A DNA stretch of 60,392 bases, filler included, from Sphacelaria rigidula (GCA_964200075.2; 8 parts of 8 records of this genome joined end to end with filler, not necessarily neighbours in it); one strand, 5' to 3'. Counted from the first letter of the whole stretch, positions 25,029-38,842 are shown. Numbers and translations: made by a program. The notes: generated from the letters alone by a model not told the origin.

Positions 25029-26633
25029 CTAGCTTTCGTTGCTCTACTCTACTGACTGTCGTCTGTACATTCGCCGTCATATTCTCGAAAGATACCGCGA
25101 CACACGCAGCGAGTGGATAGGTGCTCCAGATTGTAGCATGGAGGCACCCACATGCGCTACGCCAGCAACAGTTAGGCCACCATATATATATATGTATATA
25201 TATTCACTCCGCATGACAAGAAGATCTTGACAAGTGCTTGGTCTCTCATACATCCCCCCCGCTGGCGTGTGGCACGCTCTTGTCGTCACGCACGCATAGG
25301 TACTTATATCAGGTAAAATCAACGATTAATAATACCCCCCCCAGTTCAAATCGATCTGTCATTGCCGCAGTACCGTCCTTGCTAGCAGGTGTGTGACAGA
25401 GAACAGTAGCGGTGACGGGCGCTGTTTTTCAACGACGTGTTCTGCAGGGCACAAAGGCGCGTCCTGCCCAAGAGAGGCAGAAAGGAATCGATCTTTGCAT
25501 TGGTAAGCTCCACAGAGAAGAAGAGACGACATCCCTCGGTACCTCGATGTTCTTTGGGGCGTACAGCAATAACCTGCCTACCGGCACATGGGAAACTGGG
25601 TACATGCTGGTGACATGCATGGTGCCAGTCTCTCGAGCGATTGGGAATCACCGAGCGAGGACTCACAACGGACACGGGCGAGGAGCTTTCTCTCTGCCGT
25701 TACTCCTCCGGTGGTATCGTCATCGACACACGTGTACATTGCATTCGTTCGATGCACCTAGCCACAACAGCTTACCTGCTGCAGATTGGGGGGGGGGGGG
25801 GGGGGGATGGTTCCCCGTGGTGTAACTGTTTCGCGCCATTCCTGCAAAAAGGATAGGCTGCTTGAAGCCCGTTTTAGTGTTCAACCCCGAAAATTGGAAT
25901 CGGCTTTTGTTATACCCAGATTCCCCCTGATTGTCGTATTTAGATCAATTCGAATGAAGTTATTATATTGTAGTTCGATGTTTTCGGTAAATTGATAAAA
26001 ATATTTTGGCATCGTTACGGTGCTGTACATTGTTTCATCATTCATGTGTTGAAGATGAGCATCATACATACACAATGATATGTCACGTGCAAATAAGCAG
26101 AGATAAAAAACGAAAAGGAAAACACACAACGAAAGGATGTGAGGGGCCGCGGGAAGCGTGCAAAATAGACAACAAGGTGCCAAAACACCAACGAAATAAC
26201 CTTGCATGTAAACATACAGTAAATACTGCGCGCTTGCCGTGTGCTCTATATGAGAAATACAACTGCATGGCGAGACAGATCCTGCTCTTACATCTACTGC
26301 ACCTGCTCTGACGTACTACTGCACTATCTTCTTGCCACAAATTACGGCGCTACCCCCTCGAAATAGAATCGAACCACTGAATTATATTGTTGCACCTACT
26401 ACTGTACTTCTGCCCTATTTATAGGGTGCTTGAGTCCCTGCACCCACGTCAACAACCGCGAAAATCACCACGCGGCACTAATGATCGATCGATTATGGAT
26501 TGAGTGTCTCACCCTGTCAGCTGATTGCAACAATCCAGCTGGTGGTCAGGGCGAAGAGTACAAAAAACAAGGAAAAGATGCAAACGCCCGACAGCAACAA
26601 GGGACAAGAGTTCCACGTATTAGGCGTAGAGAC

Positions 26634-26901
26634 TGTGACGCCAGCCAAAAGAAGAACTGCTGGATCACTGCTATTGAGGCACTCCCCAGTCTTGCTGGCC
26701 TCAGTTTCAGTTGTCAGCCTTTACAACATTCCATTGTCAGGAGTGCCCCTTCCAGGCATCACCCTTCTAGACACGCAGGGTATCATCCCCGTGTCCCGGT
26801 CATTATCCATAATCATTCCAGAACCCTCCAGAATCCCAGTGCCCCCAGCCATTATCTAGATCATCACTACCAACTCAACGTAACGGCGTATGTTCGTCAT
26901 A
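26634..26901 (-). mobile_element. 3' LTR of a chromovirus
   Basis: On the minus strand, a PPT-like TTTGGGGGTGC precedes TATGACG ... CGTCACA (inverted termini, one mismatch), just downstream of the chromodomain. Confidence 0.75.
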
Positions 26902-26974
26902 GCACCCCCAAAGCGCGTTGGACGAAAATCGAGCAACAAGCTTGACACATCAAAGACACCAAAACCATGAGCAA

Positions 26975-27410
26975 GTCGCAACTGAATTCCAAACTCACTC
27001 GTAATGCGAGCAGCAACGGCACGAGTCACGCGCAATTTACGCAACTCCTTCATGAGAAATTCCGGAGCGGCCTCAAGAATATACTTGAAAGGCTCCAACG
27101 TACGCTTCTCAACTTCAAAACCAACCCAGTCGACCAACACGATCAACGAACGATCGTCTGCTTCTGCCACTCGGACAATACTAACCATCTGAAATTACCC
27201 CTGGTATAAAGCGTGCTGGAACACGCCCTTACCGTCAGCCGTAACATTCAGCTTCGAGTCTGCATAAAAACGCAAATGAGCTACGTGGCCGGTCTGAACA
27301 CGACCCGAAACAATGTTCTAAAACTCAAACACGTGCGGGTGGTGAGCACCAACCACTCTCCATGGACCAGTCGATGCCGCCATCAACTTGGGCGTAACGC
27401 CCGGACGACG
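26975..27410 (-). pseudogene. Integrase C-terminus (GPY/F-like) plus chromodomain
   Basis: RRPGVTPKLMAASTGPWRVV...HVAHLRFYADSKL...VLVDWVGFEVEKRTLEPFKYI, with two in-frame stops. Confidence 0.85.
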
Positions 27411-28206
27411 CCACAGTTTTACCCTGCACACGCGATACGATCATACTCGCTCAACAACCATGTTTCATGCGCAAGCATGACCACAAACCACACAATAACA
27501 AGCTGAAATCATTCTCAAAACGATTCGCAAATACCAGTCATAATGTGTTTCCTCATTCTCAACAAGCACTCAATCACCACAGCACTTGCTCCTCGACATC
27601 AGTACCCCACTCCGCGCTCACCACAACAGCAAACACCTCAGGTAATGCCTTCTTTGTAGTCTTCCAGCCCGCTCCTGAGAAACAGCAGCACTCGAACCAC
27701 AATTCAGTGCACAGCGTAGAGCAGCTTTTCCTCTCGGACACTCCCTCCTTGCATCTTCAGTCTAGCTACACCTGGCACCCCCATGGTGTAGCTCAACACG
27801 CCTCTAAAAGGTCTATTCGCACCGCCAAACCAATGCGACAGATCATCTGCCTCCACAGATACTTGGGTAGTACTGTACACCTGTGCTTCAGTCAGTTTTA
27901 CAGAGGAAACCAAAGGCGAAACGGGAACAGCTACACAGTCACGAGCAGCAACACCTCCTGATGGCACACTATCCTCCTCAAACACCCCGCGGCGAAACAG
28001 TGGAGACACCTCGGCCATCGCCGCCAAATACGCCAAAGCTGTCCATGTAAACAGCAATGCACACGACCACCCCAACACCACGCGACGCTCGTCGTCGACG
28101 TCAGAATAGCGATCGCGAACAGCATCACGAACCTGCAGCTCGCTCTGCGTACCCGCTTCACGCGGGTCACACGCCCCTGTTGTTTCGATCATGCAAGGCG
28201 TGTCCA

Positions 28207-28648
28207 CAGCTACGCGCTGCTCCGGCGGCAATTCCGCCAACCCGGCATCCACCTGTCCTTCAAGCAGACACCCCTGCGAATCATCTGAACGATCTCCCGC
28301 CATGTCACTGGCGCAGAGAGATACACCATGAGCACGGCAAGCTCCTTGCTCACCCTTCTCGCTCGCCATACGCGAATAACACCCCCTGAAGCTTCGAGCA
28401 TGCAAGGAGTATCTCCAGCTACGCGCTGCTCCGGCGGCAATTCCGCCAACCCGGCATCCACCTGTCCTTCAAGCAGACACCCCTGCGAATCATCTGAACG
28501 ATCTCTCACCCTGTCACTGGCGCAGAGAGATTCACCATGAGCACGGCAAGTTCCTTGCTCACCCTGCTCGCTCGCCATACGCGAATAACACCCCCTGAAG
28601 CTTCGAGCATGCAAAAGTATCTCCAGCTACGCGCTGCTCCGGCGGCAA
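28207..28648. repeat. ~209-bp tandem repeat, ~2.1 copies
   Basis: CAGCTACGCGCTGCTCCGGCGGCAA at 28207, 28416 and 28624, with near-identical intervening units. Confidence 0.95.
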
Positions 28649-28879
28649 CAAGCAACTGGGACCTCCGCCCACCAGTACTTGCTCCTTGGCCCATGTAGGC
28701 CCCGCTCTCTCAACATCGCCAGCAGCAGCAGCAGTATCGCCCATGCTCGCTACAGCCGCCACCTTCTGTCCGGCTTGCTCCTTGACGGCAATCGTGGCAA
28801 CGCCTGTAGCCCTCTCGTGACTGCGCACTCGGACAGGCCTATGTTGTGTCGCCTTCTTGCCCGTCAAAATGTCGTGCCT

Positions 28880-29288
28880 GTCTCCACCGCCGCCGACTTT
28901 CAACCTATCTTGCACCACACTCGGCGATGCATACGATGCATGCCTGCGTAGCGCCAAGAGCAGTTTATCTTGCCCAACATCATTCGCACCATCCAAAAAT
29001 GTGTCACATAGACAGTACTCGATATGTGCGGGCATGAGGTCAGATACCGCTGGCTCCTCAACAACGTACCAGGGTGCTTGACGCTCGTTCGTTACGTGCA
29101 CCTCACGAACGTAGTCCTCATACTTCCGCAGAAACTGAGCAGATTTTTCACTGGAGAACTTGCGACCGTAGTAGGGCATATATATCCAGAAATCGTACAC
29201 GGACAGCGCGACCATTGATGACAACATATTGTTGCGGCGCACGAACAACATGGCCGTCCACCGCGATATACTCCTGCACCTCGTACAT
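28880..29288 (-). pseudogene. Putative gag N-terminal fragment of the chromovirus
   Basis: MYEVQEYIAVDG...RFLDIY, then a frameshift into RKFSSEKSAQFLRKYEDYVREV...LLLALRRHA. The gag assignment rests on context and general resemblance only. Confidence 0.5.
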
Positions 29289-29303
29289 TTTGGTCAGCAG
29301 TAC

Positions 29304-29860
29304 ATACAAGACATAGTCGCCTACCTCAAAACTCGGCAGTTCTAGCCCCGACGAGGTCTTACGTCTACGCGCGCGTCCGGCGGCAACACTCTCCTGGACT
29401 TGAACGCGGAAATGCCCTTGCAAGTCCAAGACTCTTTGCAATGCACGCTTAATATGACCATCGTCCAGAACATCACATTTCCATTCCCCCGCCGACGAAG
29501 ACGCCAACACCGAAAAAGATGTCCGAGGAGCACGACCAAACATCACGTTGTACGGCGTACTATCGTACCGACGACGATACGCTGTATTGAGCGCCCACTG
29601 TATCGCAGACAACACGTCCACCCACTTGAAAACCGCTCTACGCTGCTCGAGAAAGATAGGGCGAAGAGCACGAACCACTTCCTTGACCATGCGTTCGCCC
29701 GTGCCGTTAGACCACGCAGAATACGCCACCGCTATCTGGTGATCAACGTGCAAAGCCTCTCGCAATCGGGCCAAGATCGCATGCTTGAAATGCGTGGCGG
29801 TATCACTCACCCAATTCAGCAAAGATGCAACAGTCGATTCGGCAGTACACATTGCTACTG
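29304..29860 (-). pseudogene. Gypsy integrase catalytic core, second D and E of DDE
   Basis: WVSDTATHF...AYSAWSNGTGERMVKEV...W..VL..IQWALNT...TPYNVMFGRAP...FEVGDYVL. Confidence 0.92.
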
Positions 29861-30149
29861 GTTCCAGAGACTGTAGACCTAGCCATCATTGTTACCTAAG
29901 GTCAGGGACATTGTAGGTGGAGTTGCGGGTGTGATTGCCGGACTCTGTGATGGTGACCTCCATGGCGAGTAGGCTTGGTTTTGTCACTCTGGTGGAGAGA
30001 GGCTATGTGATCCTGTTCTCCTCTACTATGCTGAAGGTCGATACATGAATAACTAAAGCTGCTGAAGTCCATGTGCCCGTGATGGGAGGAGTCCACATTG
30101 CAATATGATCTTGAGTGACAGAGGTCTATAATGAACGTTCATTAAGTCC

Positions 30150-30249
30150 NNNNNNNNNNNNNNNNNNNNNNNNNNNNNNNNNNNNNNNNNNNNTTAATTA
30201 ATTAANNNNNNNNNNNNNNNNNNNNNNNNNNNNNNNNNNNNNNNNNNNN
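30150..30249. other. Artificial scaffold linker
   Basis: Same N44-TTAATTAATTAA-N44 structure. Confidence 0.98.
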
Positions 30250-31472
30250 AAAAGTGGTCCTGTTTGGCAGTGCTTTTCTGGTAATGTTTTTTACTGCACC
30301 GGGGAAAGTCTCATGTGAACATGCCGCAGGTTTTGATTTACATGTATATTTTGTTTCTTAGCCACCCCACCACTGGCATTTCTGTATTTTGTAGACGGTC
30401 TCAGACGGTGTGCTGAGCTGAGCCGAGCCGATCTGATCGTTCTTGTTCTTGTTTCCAGCAAGCGTTGATTGATTCTTTCACGTGTAGTCAAAACGATTTG
30501 ATTTTGCTTTTGCCTCAGGTCTTCATCCATCAACAACAAACACACGTTTGAGATCGCGGTTCTTCAACAGTACCCGCGGTCACGGAATAATAATTAGCTG
30601 GCGGAGGACAAGGAAGAAAATGAAGGCCAAAAACCATCCCAAGCATTATTAACCACGATAAATTCATAGTTTCGTAGGACCGGACGCACAAGCCACCTTT
30701 CTTGGTACCCTTTTCCTTGTAAAATGCCGATATCTCTGGGGCCACTTTTACTGAGAGTTTTTCGAGCACTAGAATGAGGTTACGACGTGAGGATACTGCA
30801 TCCTTCAAGTGTTCACCAGCAAATGAAACACGTGAAAACGCGACATGGAAACCCTACAAAGTCAGAAGGAACATGAAAAGAATAGGATACGTGTAGTCAC
30901 GAAGACTTGAGCGTGGAATTCGTACATTCGACGGGAAGGGGTGTTTCTTTGTTACCGTCTGCATTCAATTGATCGAGGCAAGCATCAGGGAAGACATGAG
31001 ACTTGCGTCGGTTGATTCTGCCAGGTCACGGACTCATCCGGAGAAGAGAGGAGGCAGCGGTGAAAGCACGACAACCACGACAAAAGGGGCGGCGGAGCAC
31101 AGGAGACTGGAGTATGAAAGGGTCTATTGGTCCCCTGTATCCTTGCATCCACCGTCTGCAGGATTGTAGCTTTTGCGCGAGGTGGTGTTCGCTACCCAAA
31201 TACGCACATAGATACTTGGGTATACCAAGTACATACTAAAACGGTCTCCGATGTCTCACTCGTAGATGAGGTTATCTTCCAGCACTTCTGCACAAGTTGG
31301 GACAGGGTAACTTATGTGAGCTAATGCCAGCAATGCCGCTGTCTTGACACACGCCGATAGAACGAAAACAAGACTCCTCAACATCCCTCAGATCTCAACA
31401 ACCCCCCCCCCTGCCCCCGTTGCCCTTCCCACCCCCGTCCGACGGAAAAACTGACTTGGAGATGCAGCGCAC

Positions 31473-31682
31473 CTATCGCCCGTTCTTATGACGACGGCAA
31501 CGGCGCTTCCCTCGACGAGAGTGGTGCCGAAGAACCCCATGTTCTCCGCCTCTCGCGAGTTGTCCGTCCTGGCTACAGCACTCCGGGCAAGCGCCGCGGA
31601 CTCTCCGGTGAGCGACGAGTTGTCCACCTTTGCAGAATTGCACCAGATGAACCGCACATCGGCAGGAATTTTGTCTCCCGAT
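31473..31682 (-). CDS. Internal exon of a P-type ATPase, type IIC (Na+/K+-ATPase alpha-like), actuator domain
   Basis: GDKIPADVR...KVDNSSLTGES...EAENMGFFGT..VEG.A..VVIRTGD. 210-nt phase 2/2 exon bounded by tag| and |gtgcg. Confidence 0.92.
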   Translation of the reverse strand: MGRQNSCRCAVHLVQFCKGGQLVAHRRVRGACPECCSQDGQLARGGEHGVLRHHSRRGKRRCRRHKNGR

Positions 31683-32499
31683 CTACCCCGCGAGATTGAG
31701 ACACCACACACGTACGTACACACGTACGTACACACGAGAGCGGGGTTGGGGAAGGGGGGGTCGTTAGGTGTGCAGCATCGGAGGGGGTGGGTGGGAAGCG
31801 TTCCTTGAATGGAGGGACCCTTGGAGACAGGGATTGCCATCCTGTTGATATGCTTGATGGGGTATATAATGTCAACCTCGGAGCAGACACGAATAGCCGA
31901 AAATACTACAGGAACAACAAATTTCGATACTTTTTTACATATCCAACGTTTTCCGGTACCTGGATGATCGCTTGGCAATAAAGCTAACAAATTTACTTGG
32001 AGAAAAGCGGGGAGAGGGGGGGATTCCCTGTTCATTTTCAATAATGATTTGTACGATTTTTCTTCAAGTTTAAGCTCTACCTGACTTCATGAGCTCCTCT
32101 CCTGACAAGGCTGTCGTCTAACTTCGAGATACTATTCCCATGCCGTACCTCCTCTCTGAATGGTGGGATATTACAATATTGTTGTTTCACAAAAACCCAT
32201 CCAGTTGTATATCACGCGGTTGCGATGCATTAGGTTCACATCAACTTCACCAGTATTCCTTCAGAGTATTGTTTCCACTCAACATCAAAATAATAAAAAA
32301 AAACGGCGCCAACAGTACGTACGGCAATGCAAAGGATGAACGATTCAAAGAGCTACCATGTTAGGGGACGCTACTGAAGTTGCAAACCCAGGAGATAGAA
32401 GGCAACAACAGACATGAAAAGGGGGAGCTTCAGTTTCCATGTTACCCTCCCGCTCCCGCCCTCATCACTCGTCACGATAAAAGTGGATCGTTCTCTGGA

Positions 32500-32798
32500 A
32501 CGATTTCCATGTTCGATTCCTCGCGGGCTGTTCGTCGCTGCTACTGTCGCTGCTGGCGACGGCGGCTCTCCTATCGACGGCTTTCAGAGCGACAACCTCT
32601 TTTCTTTGTGACAAAAGTCGGGGTTGAATGACTTCCTTGTCCCGCCACGCCTCCTCGACCTCGCACCCCGCCCCCCCCCCCCCCCCGCCTCCCCCCACCC
32701 CCCCCCCCCCCCCGNNNNNNNNNGGCCCCCCCATCGAAGGCTTTCAGAGGGAAAACCCCTTTTCTTTTGGCAAAAAGGCGGGGTTGAATGACCTCCTT

Positions 32799-32839
<41 letters not shown>

Positions 32840-35800
32840 CCCTTGTCACAACCTCCGGGTATCGTTAACCCACGATCTTTGCGGCAGTGATCCAATCTTG
32901 CGAGTCCTTGACCTTGACACCGTAGACGAATAATTTCCTTCCTTGTTCCTCACGTCGGATAATCCCTAGGCCCCACGAGCTCTCTTGGAAGCGGTCTCGC
33001 TAGTGTTCTCGAAGGCCGACCAGCCCTCCTTGGGCCCCCTTCCCGTGCGTCCAACCGACCAAACATGATGCGCTTCAGCAGACGTGTCACGCCCTTCGGG
33101 ACAGGGGCCGACGCCAGCCGAAGATGACGCTTGCGATCGTCGGTCGTGTCGATGCGTTCGCATCTGGTCATCTCGAGCACAGCTTGCACGAAAAAATAAT
33201 TTTATATCCACAGAAAACCCTCCTGCGGAAGCTAACTGCTTCCAGTCAAAACTCGTGGTGAGCAATAGGACCCGCATGCTCTGAAAGTCTTCTGGGCATC
33301 GTATCCACGCAACATACCCGTATATCATAGCTTTCATCACCTCTGCCTCCAGCAAAGTCTCGAGTTGATAGCCGAGCACTGGATTGATCGTATGGTAGCT
33401 GGAAACTGGACTTCCACAGGCATGTCGGCATAGCTGGTGCGGCGCTCGATTCCGACGGAAATGCCACGTCTTCGCTAACAGCAACGGGGTGGGCAACCTA
33501 GGCCCTACGCCTCATACCGCTGGGCCCCCTTGATGTACAATGCGATCTCTCGGGAGCAAGCACTGACCACAGACGCATGACTTCGGTCCAATTATCCGAT
33601 GCTGTTGGCTCGAACTCTTGACAGATCCACCGAAGTCACAGCCGTCATCCCAGCAAGTCTGCCCGAGGACTTTGAAACTACGCCTGTGTCATCCGCTCAC
33701 AGATTCCCCCGCACCACGCACCGCAATCTCTGCAGCGGAATCTCATTTTCGGGTGGCCGCCCTCAATCACGGGCGCATCATCTGGATGAAGAACCAAGCC
33801 TAATGCGACGGACAGATCAGGCGCGAAACGCTGTACATGATCACGTCAACCACCGCTGCGTTATAGGCGTTGGACAAAAAAGCGGGGTCGAAACGAGCCC
33901 CTGTCCTGGAAGACGCGGAATCACTCTGACAGGTCGCCATCATCCGAGTTCAACCCGAGCTCGTAGGCCATCGTACAACGTACGAGTGCCCCTGATCATC
34001 CGCGGTGGGACTCCGAAACGGGCATGTACTCCCCCAAAATGCGCGCGCTACATAGAGTTGTATTCCTCATGAGGCTGGTGAGACAAACACACAACGGGGT
34101 ATTGCTCGCCCTTTCCCAAACTCGGCGTTACTACGGATATCATATCGATGGTCGATTGTTGCCGCCAGAAACCCCGTTTGTCTTCGGCTAAAATATTTGT
34201 CTCCTCGCGAAACTATCGAGCTTGTTGGCCACGATTTCGAGGACGTCACCAGGATACGCCATGAGGGAGATCTATGCCGCGGTTACCGTACCGCACTCGG
34301 CCCTTTCCTTTTGTGGAACACTTTGGTAGTGACGCCTTGGCACTCCTGCGGCATCTCTCGCCGGACATCCAAACAGCAATAATGATGCTGTGGAAGTACT
34401 AGAAAATCTCCGAACGTCTTCCCATCATTCCAAGCTTCTTCAAGAACACTGCACGGTTAGGACGAATCACGACTACCAATCACCAAATCCACGATTTCTT
34501 CGGCCTGATTGTCCAGAGGGGAGAAAAAAGTTGACCGCTGGTCCGAGAGGTATCCAAGCAACTTTTGCGCCATTCCACGTATCTGGGCTGCGTGTACCTG
34601 GGTTGCAACGCTGAAAGCAACGCCTAGGGATTGATTCGTACGATTCACATCAATTATACTTGAACCAAGTAATTTCCAGACGAATCATTATTTGTCCGAC
34701 AGAGTTCACACTGTCGGTAGCCCCTCATCTCGTTCCGTAGCTCTGTCGTTCGCCATGGCCCCCGGTGCTTCTTTTTGTTCGGGATTGACGGTTCTCTAAG
34801 AGACGTGGCTTTTTGGTAGTAATTTGATGCTCTCTGTGACGGTTGAATCCAGAGTTGCTGACGGTGTTTTCAGCAAAATTGCCGTCCCCCTCTCTTTCCA
34901 GATTCGAGACCTCACCCTTGTGTCATGTTGCAATTTCCCCTTCTCGTTCAATAGTATGCTCCTTGTTTCCTACTACCCTTCTTCCCCCTAACTTTCCATC
35001 CTCCTTTCGGATACCCGTGCCAACCTCTCATGCCCCCAAGATCAACAAACTCCCTCAGTACACTCGCATTCGCGTCCAAGCGCCTGTTCAAACCAGCCTG
35101 GGTCATTTATTGAGCCTCGCGCATGCCTTTCGCAAGCAGCATCATGCGGAATGATTTCTCGACCTTAGTCTAAGCCACAGACATTCGCCTTCCCCAGCTT
35201 CTTCCAGGCATCTCTCGAAGTCGCCTCGGATCGCAGCATCCTCGAAGCACCGTTGCACTCGAGAGTGTCGGATGGGACATGGCACCACCCTCTAGCATAT
35301 CTCCGGCGACCGTCGGCAGAGCTGGTGGGTGAATCACCTACGGCATCTCCACGTTTACCGCGCCTGAGCTCGCTGACGAAAGGCTCTAGGCGTTACTCCC
35401 GTCTGTGGACGTCAGGCGTTTATTGGTCACTAACCAACGGATTTGCACCCGGTGGGGGGGGGGGTAGCCACTGTCGCGTGCCAATCAGTCGAGAAATCGC
35501 ACGGCGGCGCACAAAATGTTGTGGTCGGAGAGGGTGGATATAAGCCAAGCAGTGACATCTCAAGCAGCCGGCAGTGGGCTCGCTGTGTGGTGTTGTAAAC
35601 GATAGGTGTCTCGTCTGTCTGCAATACCGTTGGATGTACGCGACGTACCTCCGTTAGGGGATACAAAAAAAATCGTGTCGAAAAAGCCACAAGCCTGTTG
35701 TCATCCGCTAGCCGTAGCAATAATACAGCGTCATCGCTGATGCTTGCCCGGGAGTTCCTTTTGTATGCCCTTACCGCTGTACGACTCCCCTCTCTTGCCA

Positions 35801-37120
35801 TCAGCCCGGTCGAGCGTCAGCCTCCATCAAAACAAAAAAGCGGTCGTTTGTTGGAAATTCAGCTCACAATGCTTGCGGTCGAACTCAGTCCAGAACGTGT
35901 CCTGCTCTTCTCCTGGACCCAGGCGTGTCTGTAGGGCCGCATAGACAGCTACAAACGTGGAAGCCTTCGATTTGCCTGCCGGGTCGAAGGTCATCGACAT
36001 GAGGCGTTTGCTGCTCAGCGCTCTTGTCCACGCAGTCCTTTTGGTTCCTGACCGCCGATCCAACCCAGTGCTGCCCAGTTTTTCCTTTTCTCCACTTCCG
36101 CCCCGCAGCAGAAGACGCGGCATCCTGCGGCAGTCAAGGACGTTTCGCCTGGTCGACTTGTCCCTCGCAGTCAGATGGCAGCACTCATTCGCTCTGCATT
36201 TTCGCAAGACTACCTCAACATAACCGGCCGCGGGGGACAATGTACGGAAGTTCTTGGTCGCCACCATGAGCTCCCATATACGGGAGCTAGCTCAGGCTCC
36301 ATCCACATCTACAACATACCCTTCACTCTCTTTTTTTCTCCCCCTTTCTGACCTTGTTCTCCTTCTAATCTTGCGTGCGGAGTGTGCTTTGCTGTGTCCC
36401 AATTTGGGCCTTGGCACATCCATCATGACTTGGATTTTGGTCTCACGGGGATGGAAGCAGTCGCCTCCGGCTGCGTCGGCCGCCAGTTACGGCCCGCCAA
36501 ATCTGGTGCTTGAATCACTCGTGTTTCACCTCCGTTGAGGCGTTTACCTGCGATACTGTCCCACCTCTGAGTAAAACTCCGCAGCTGCAGGGTTTAGCTC
36601 AGGCCCCATTACGGGGTAAATTACTCCGCAGCTGTAGGATCGAGCTTGAAGGCTCCACACTGTCAATCAATGTATCTCAAAGGCTAGTCGGAAGGATAAA
36701 CCCATCACCGACATAGTGCACAAACTGTGGTCCGTACGTCATGTCACAAGCGGATGTGGAATGTAAGTAATGGCACCGAGCCGTCGTTTTGGATCATTCT
36801 TCAAGCAAAAAACTCCACGCTTCGAACAAATCCGTGTGAGGCAAGTAGACAAATGGGGGGGGGGGTATTTGATTCACGGCGAGGGGTGGCGGTTTCATCG
36901 TGCGCGCGGACGCACGTACTGCATACCAAGATGATTCTGAAGCAGGCGCCTCAAGGTAGACAAGAGGAGGTGAAGGGAAAGGAGGGGGGTGTTCTCGATA
37001 TACGTACGCCGGCCGACCTCAACTTGAGAAGAGGCGTTCCTCACCGGACGTACGGCTCACGAAGAGCAAGGGAACGAAGGCAAGGCCTTGTTTGTCGTTG
37101 CGTGTTCTTACCGTAGAGTC
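32500..37120 (-). mobile_element. Degenerate RTE-like LINE (AP endonuclease + RT + C-terminal domain)
   Basis: APE remnants at ~35500-36270 (RLMSMTF..TFVAVYA, LLLRLADDNRLVAFSTRF). RT remnants at ~33550-34400 (GF..STIDMISVV, ARFGVPPRMI). C-terminal LLEAEVMKAMIYGYVAW and LEMTRCERIDT..RLLKRIMFG. Ends are approximate. Confidence 0.85.
34452..34707. mobile_element. One-ended CACGG element inserted in the LINE
   Basis: Starts CACGGTTAGGACGA as at 24494 and is flanked by ACACTG on both sides. The LINE frame reads MANDRAT..GLPT / VFLKKLG across it. Confidence 0.65.
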
Positions 37121-37711
37121 ACGACGTCTCCCATGACGAGTCGTGACGCGTCCATCTCCGATATCTCTCCGGCGCGGATAACCGTGGCCTTTGGAGGCAG
37201 CAGATTGGCGAAGCTTTTTAATACCTTCGGAAAATGACGGAAAAACGACACGCACGAAACTCAACACGAAAGCACGGCACACATGTAAACACACACACAC
37301 ACATACGTCCTCCTTCTCGATTATTGGAGCCAACACAGACGGCACAGGATGAACACCGATTCGTCGTTTTTCATCGGTATATGTACGAAAATAACGCTAG
37401 CAATTTCGTTTGCTGAAGACGAGGATGGGGAATCAATCTACAATAAAGATAAAATAGTGGGAAATCAAACAAAAAACGAAACTGTGGAGACTTCGAACTA
37501 CTGAAGGAGGAATATCTCAATCATGCATACGAGCTGGACCAGCTTAAAAGCTGCTCAAACTTGCTCACACCACAGCTTTCCCAGTTTCCCGAATGAACCC
37601 GATGTAAGCATATCACTGTGAAGTGTAGACCAACCTGGTGACACACGGCACCGCCGCTGAATGAAAAAAAAAAAATGAAGAAAAATGTACTGCATAATGT
37701 ATGACCTTGAC

Positions 37712-37811
37712 NNNNNNNNNNNNNNNNNNNNNNNNNNNNNNNNNNNNNNNNNNNNTTAATTAATTAANNNNNNNNNNNNNNNNNNNNNNNNNNNNNNNNN
37801 NNNNNNNNNNN
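37712..37811. other. Artificial scaffold linker
   Basis: Same N44-TTAATTAATTAA-N44 structure. Confidence 0.98.
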
Positions 37812-38842
37812 GCTTTGTAGGGATGCGAGGTCAACGGTGTGATGACTATGGCATGCATGATCATGAGTACACCCCGTTCCAGGCTCTTCCAGGGATCCAG
37901 ATATTACGGAAAAGCATTGTTGTCAATAGTAGGAGTATTACAAACGTAGTATACAGGATTGGAGGGACGCCAACAGGAAAAAATCGCGCCATGAGCCTTG
38001 ATTTCTTGTTTGAATCTTATTTTTTTTTTATTTATTGTCGCTGGACGCTGACCGCGGGGACAGTGCGCTTCATCCGAGATATCGTTTGTTGAAATTGACT
38101 ATTGAACGCTCGAGTTACGTCCATTCACGTATCCACTCGTACTAACAATGCTCCTGCATAATGGAGGCTCGTAGAAGCAGCGAGATTATGGACTCAGGTG
38201 TCGACTCAGCTATCTCGAGACCGAGTCGGTGAGCGAGGTCGACGAGCAGAAACTGGAGAAAAGAAACACCGAGAACACCAACATGATGAAAACAGGGAAA
38301 ATCAGGAGAAGTACTGTAGAGAAAAGGAGAAGAAGGAATAAACAAGAGAAGAGCGCGAATAAGGTATACTGCGCGAATATGGTATACGGTACCGTTCCCG
38401 AGATTGTTTTTTCGGACAAAATCGACGACTTTTTCGGAGAGAAAAAACTTCGTCTTTCGAAAAATGTGAGAGCAGAAAGAAATCTTGATCACTTCAGGCA
38501 AAAGGTTTATTCCAAGACTGACCACAGATTACTCCGAAAATCGATAGATGACGTCGGATTTTGTATTCAGCAGTTTTTTTATGGAGGTGTCGGGAACCCC
38601 CTGCTCCTCTCTCCCCCCGCCTCGTCTGCGATCGCAAATACAGGAAAAAAGACACAAANNNNNNNNNNTTTTTTTTTTTCAAGCAAAAAACGGCCAACCG
38701 GATGTGGCCGGGACTGGGGTTCCGACGGGTGTTCTTCCCCCCCCCCCCCCCCCCCCCCCCCCCAAAGTTTGGGAAAAGTCTGAAAAGTCCGAAGAAACAC
38801 TCCCGCTAAAAGTGCCTTTAAGGGGCAAAGAAGAAAGCAACC

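Noticed and set aside
25448-25502. Possible 55-nt exon (cag|...|gtaag; GHKGASCPR in one frame)
   Set aside because: Good splice signals but too short, with no partner exon or recognisable family.
32570-32840. Apparent duplication with poly-C tracts and Gly/Pro-rich ORFs
   Set aside because: The second copy is an error-laden version beside an N gap and homopolymers, most likely a sequencing or assembly artefact. The same applies to 38650-38765 and 60300-60392.
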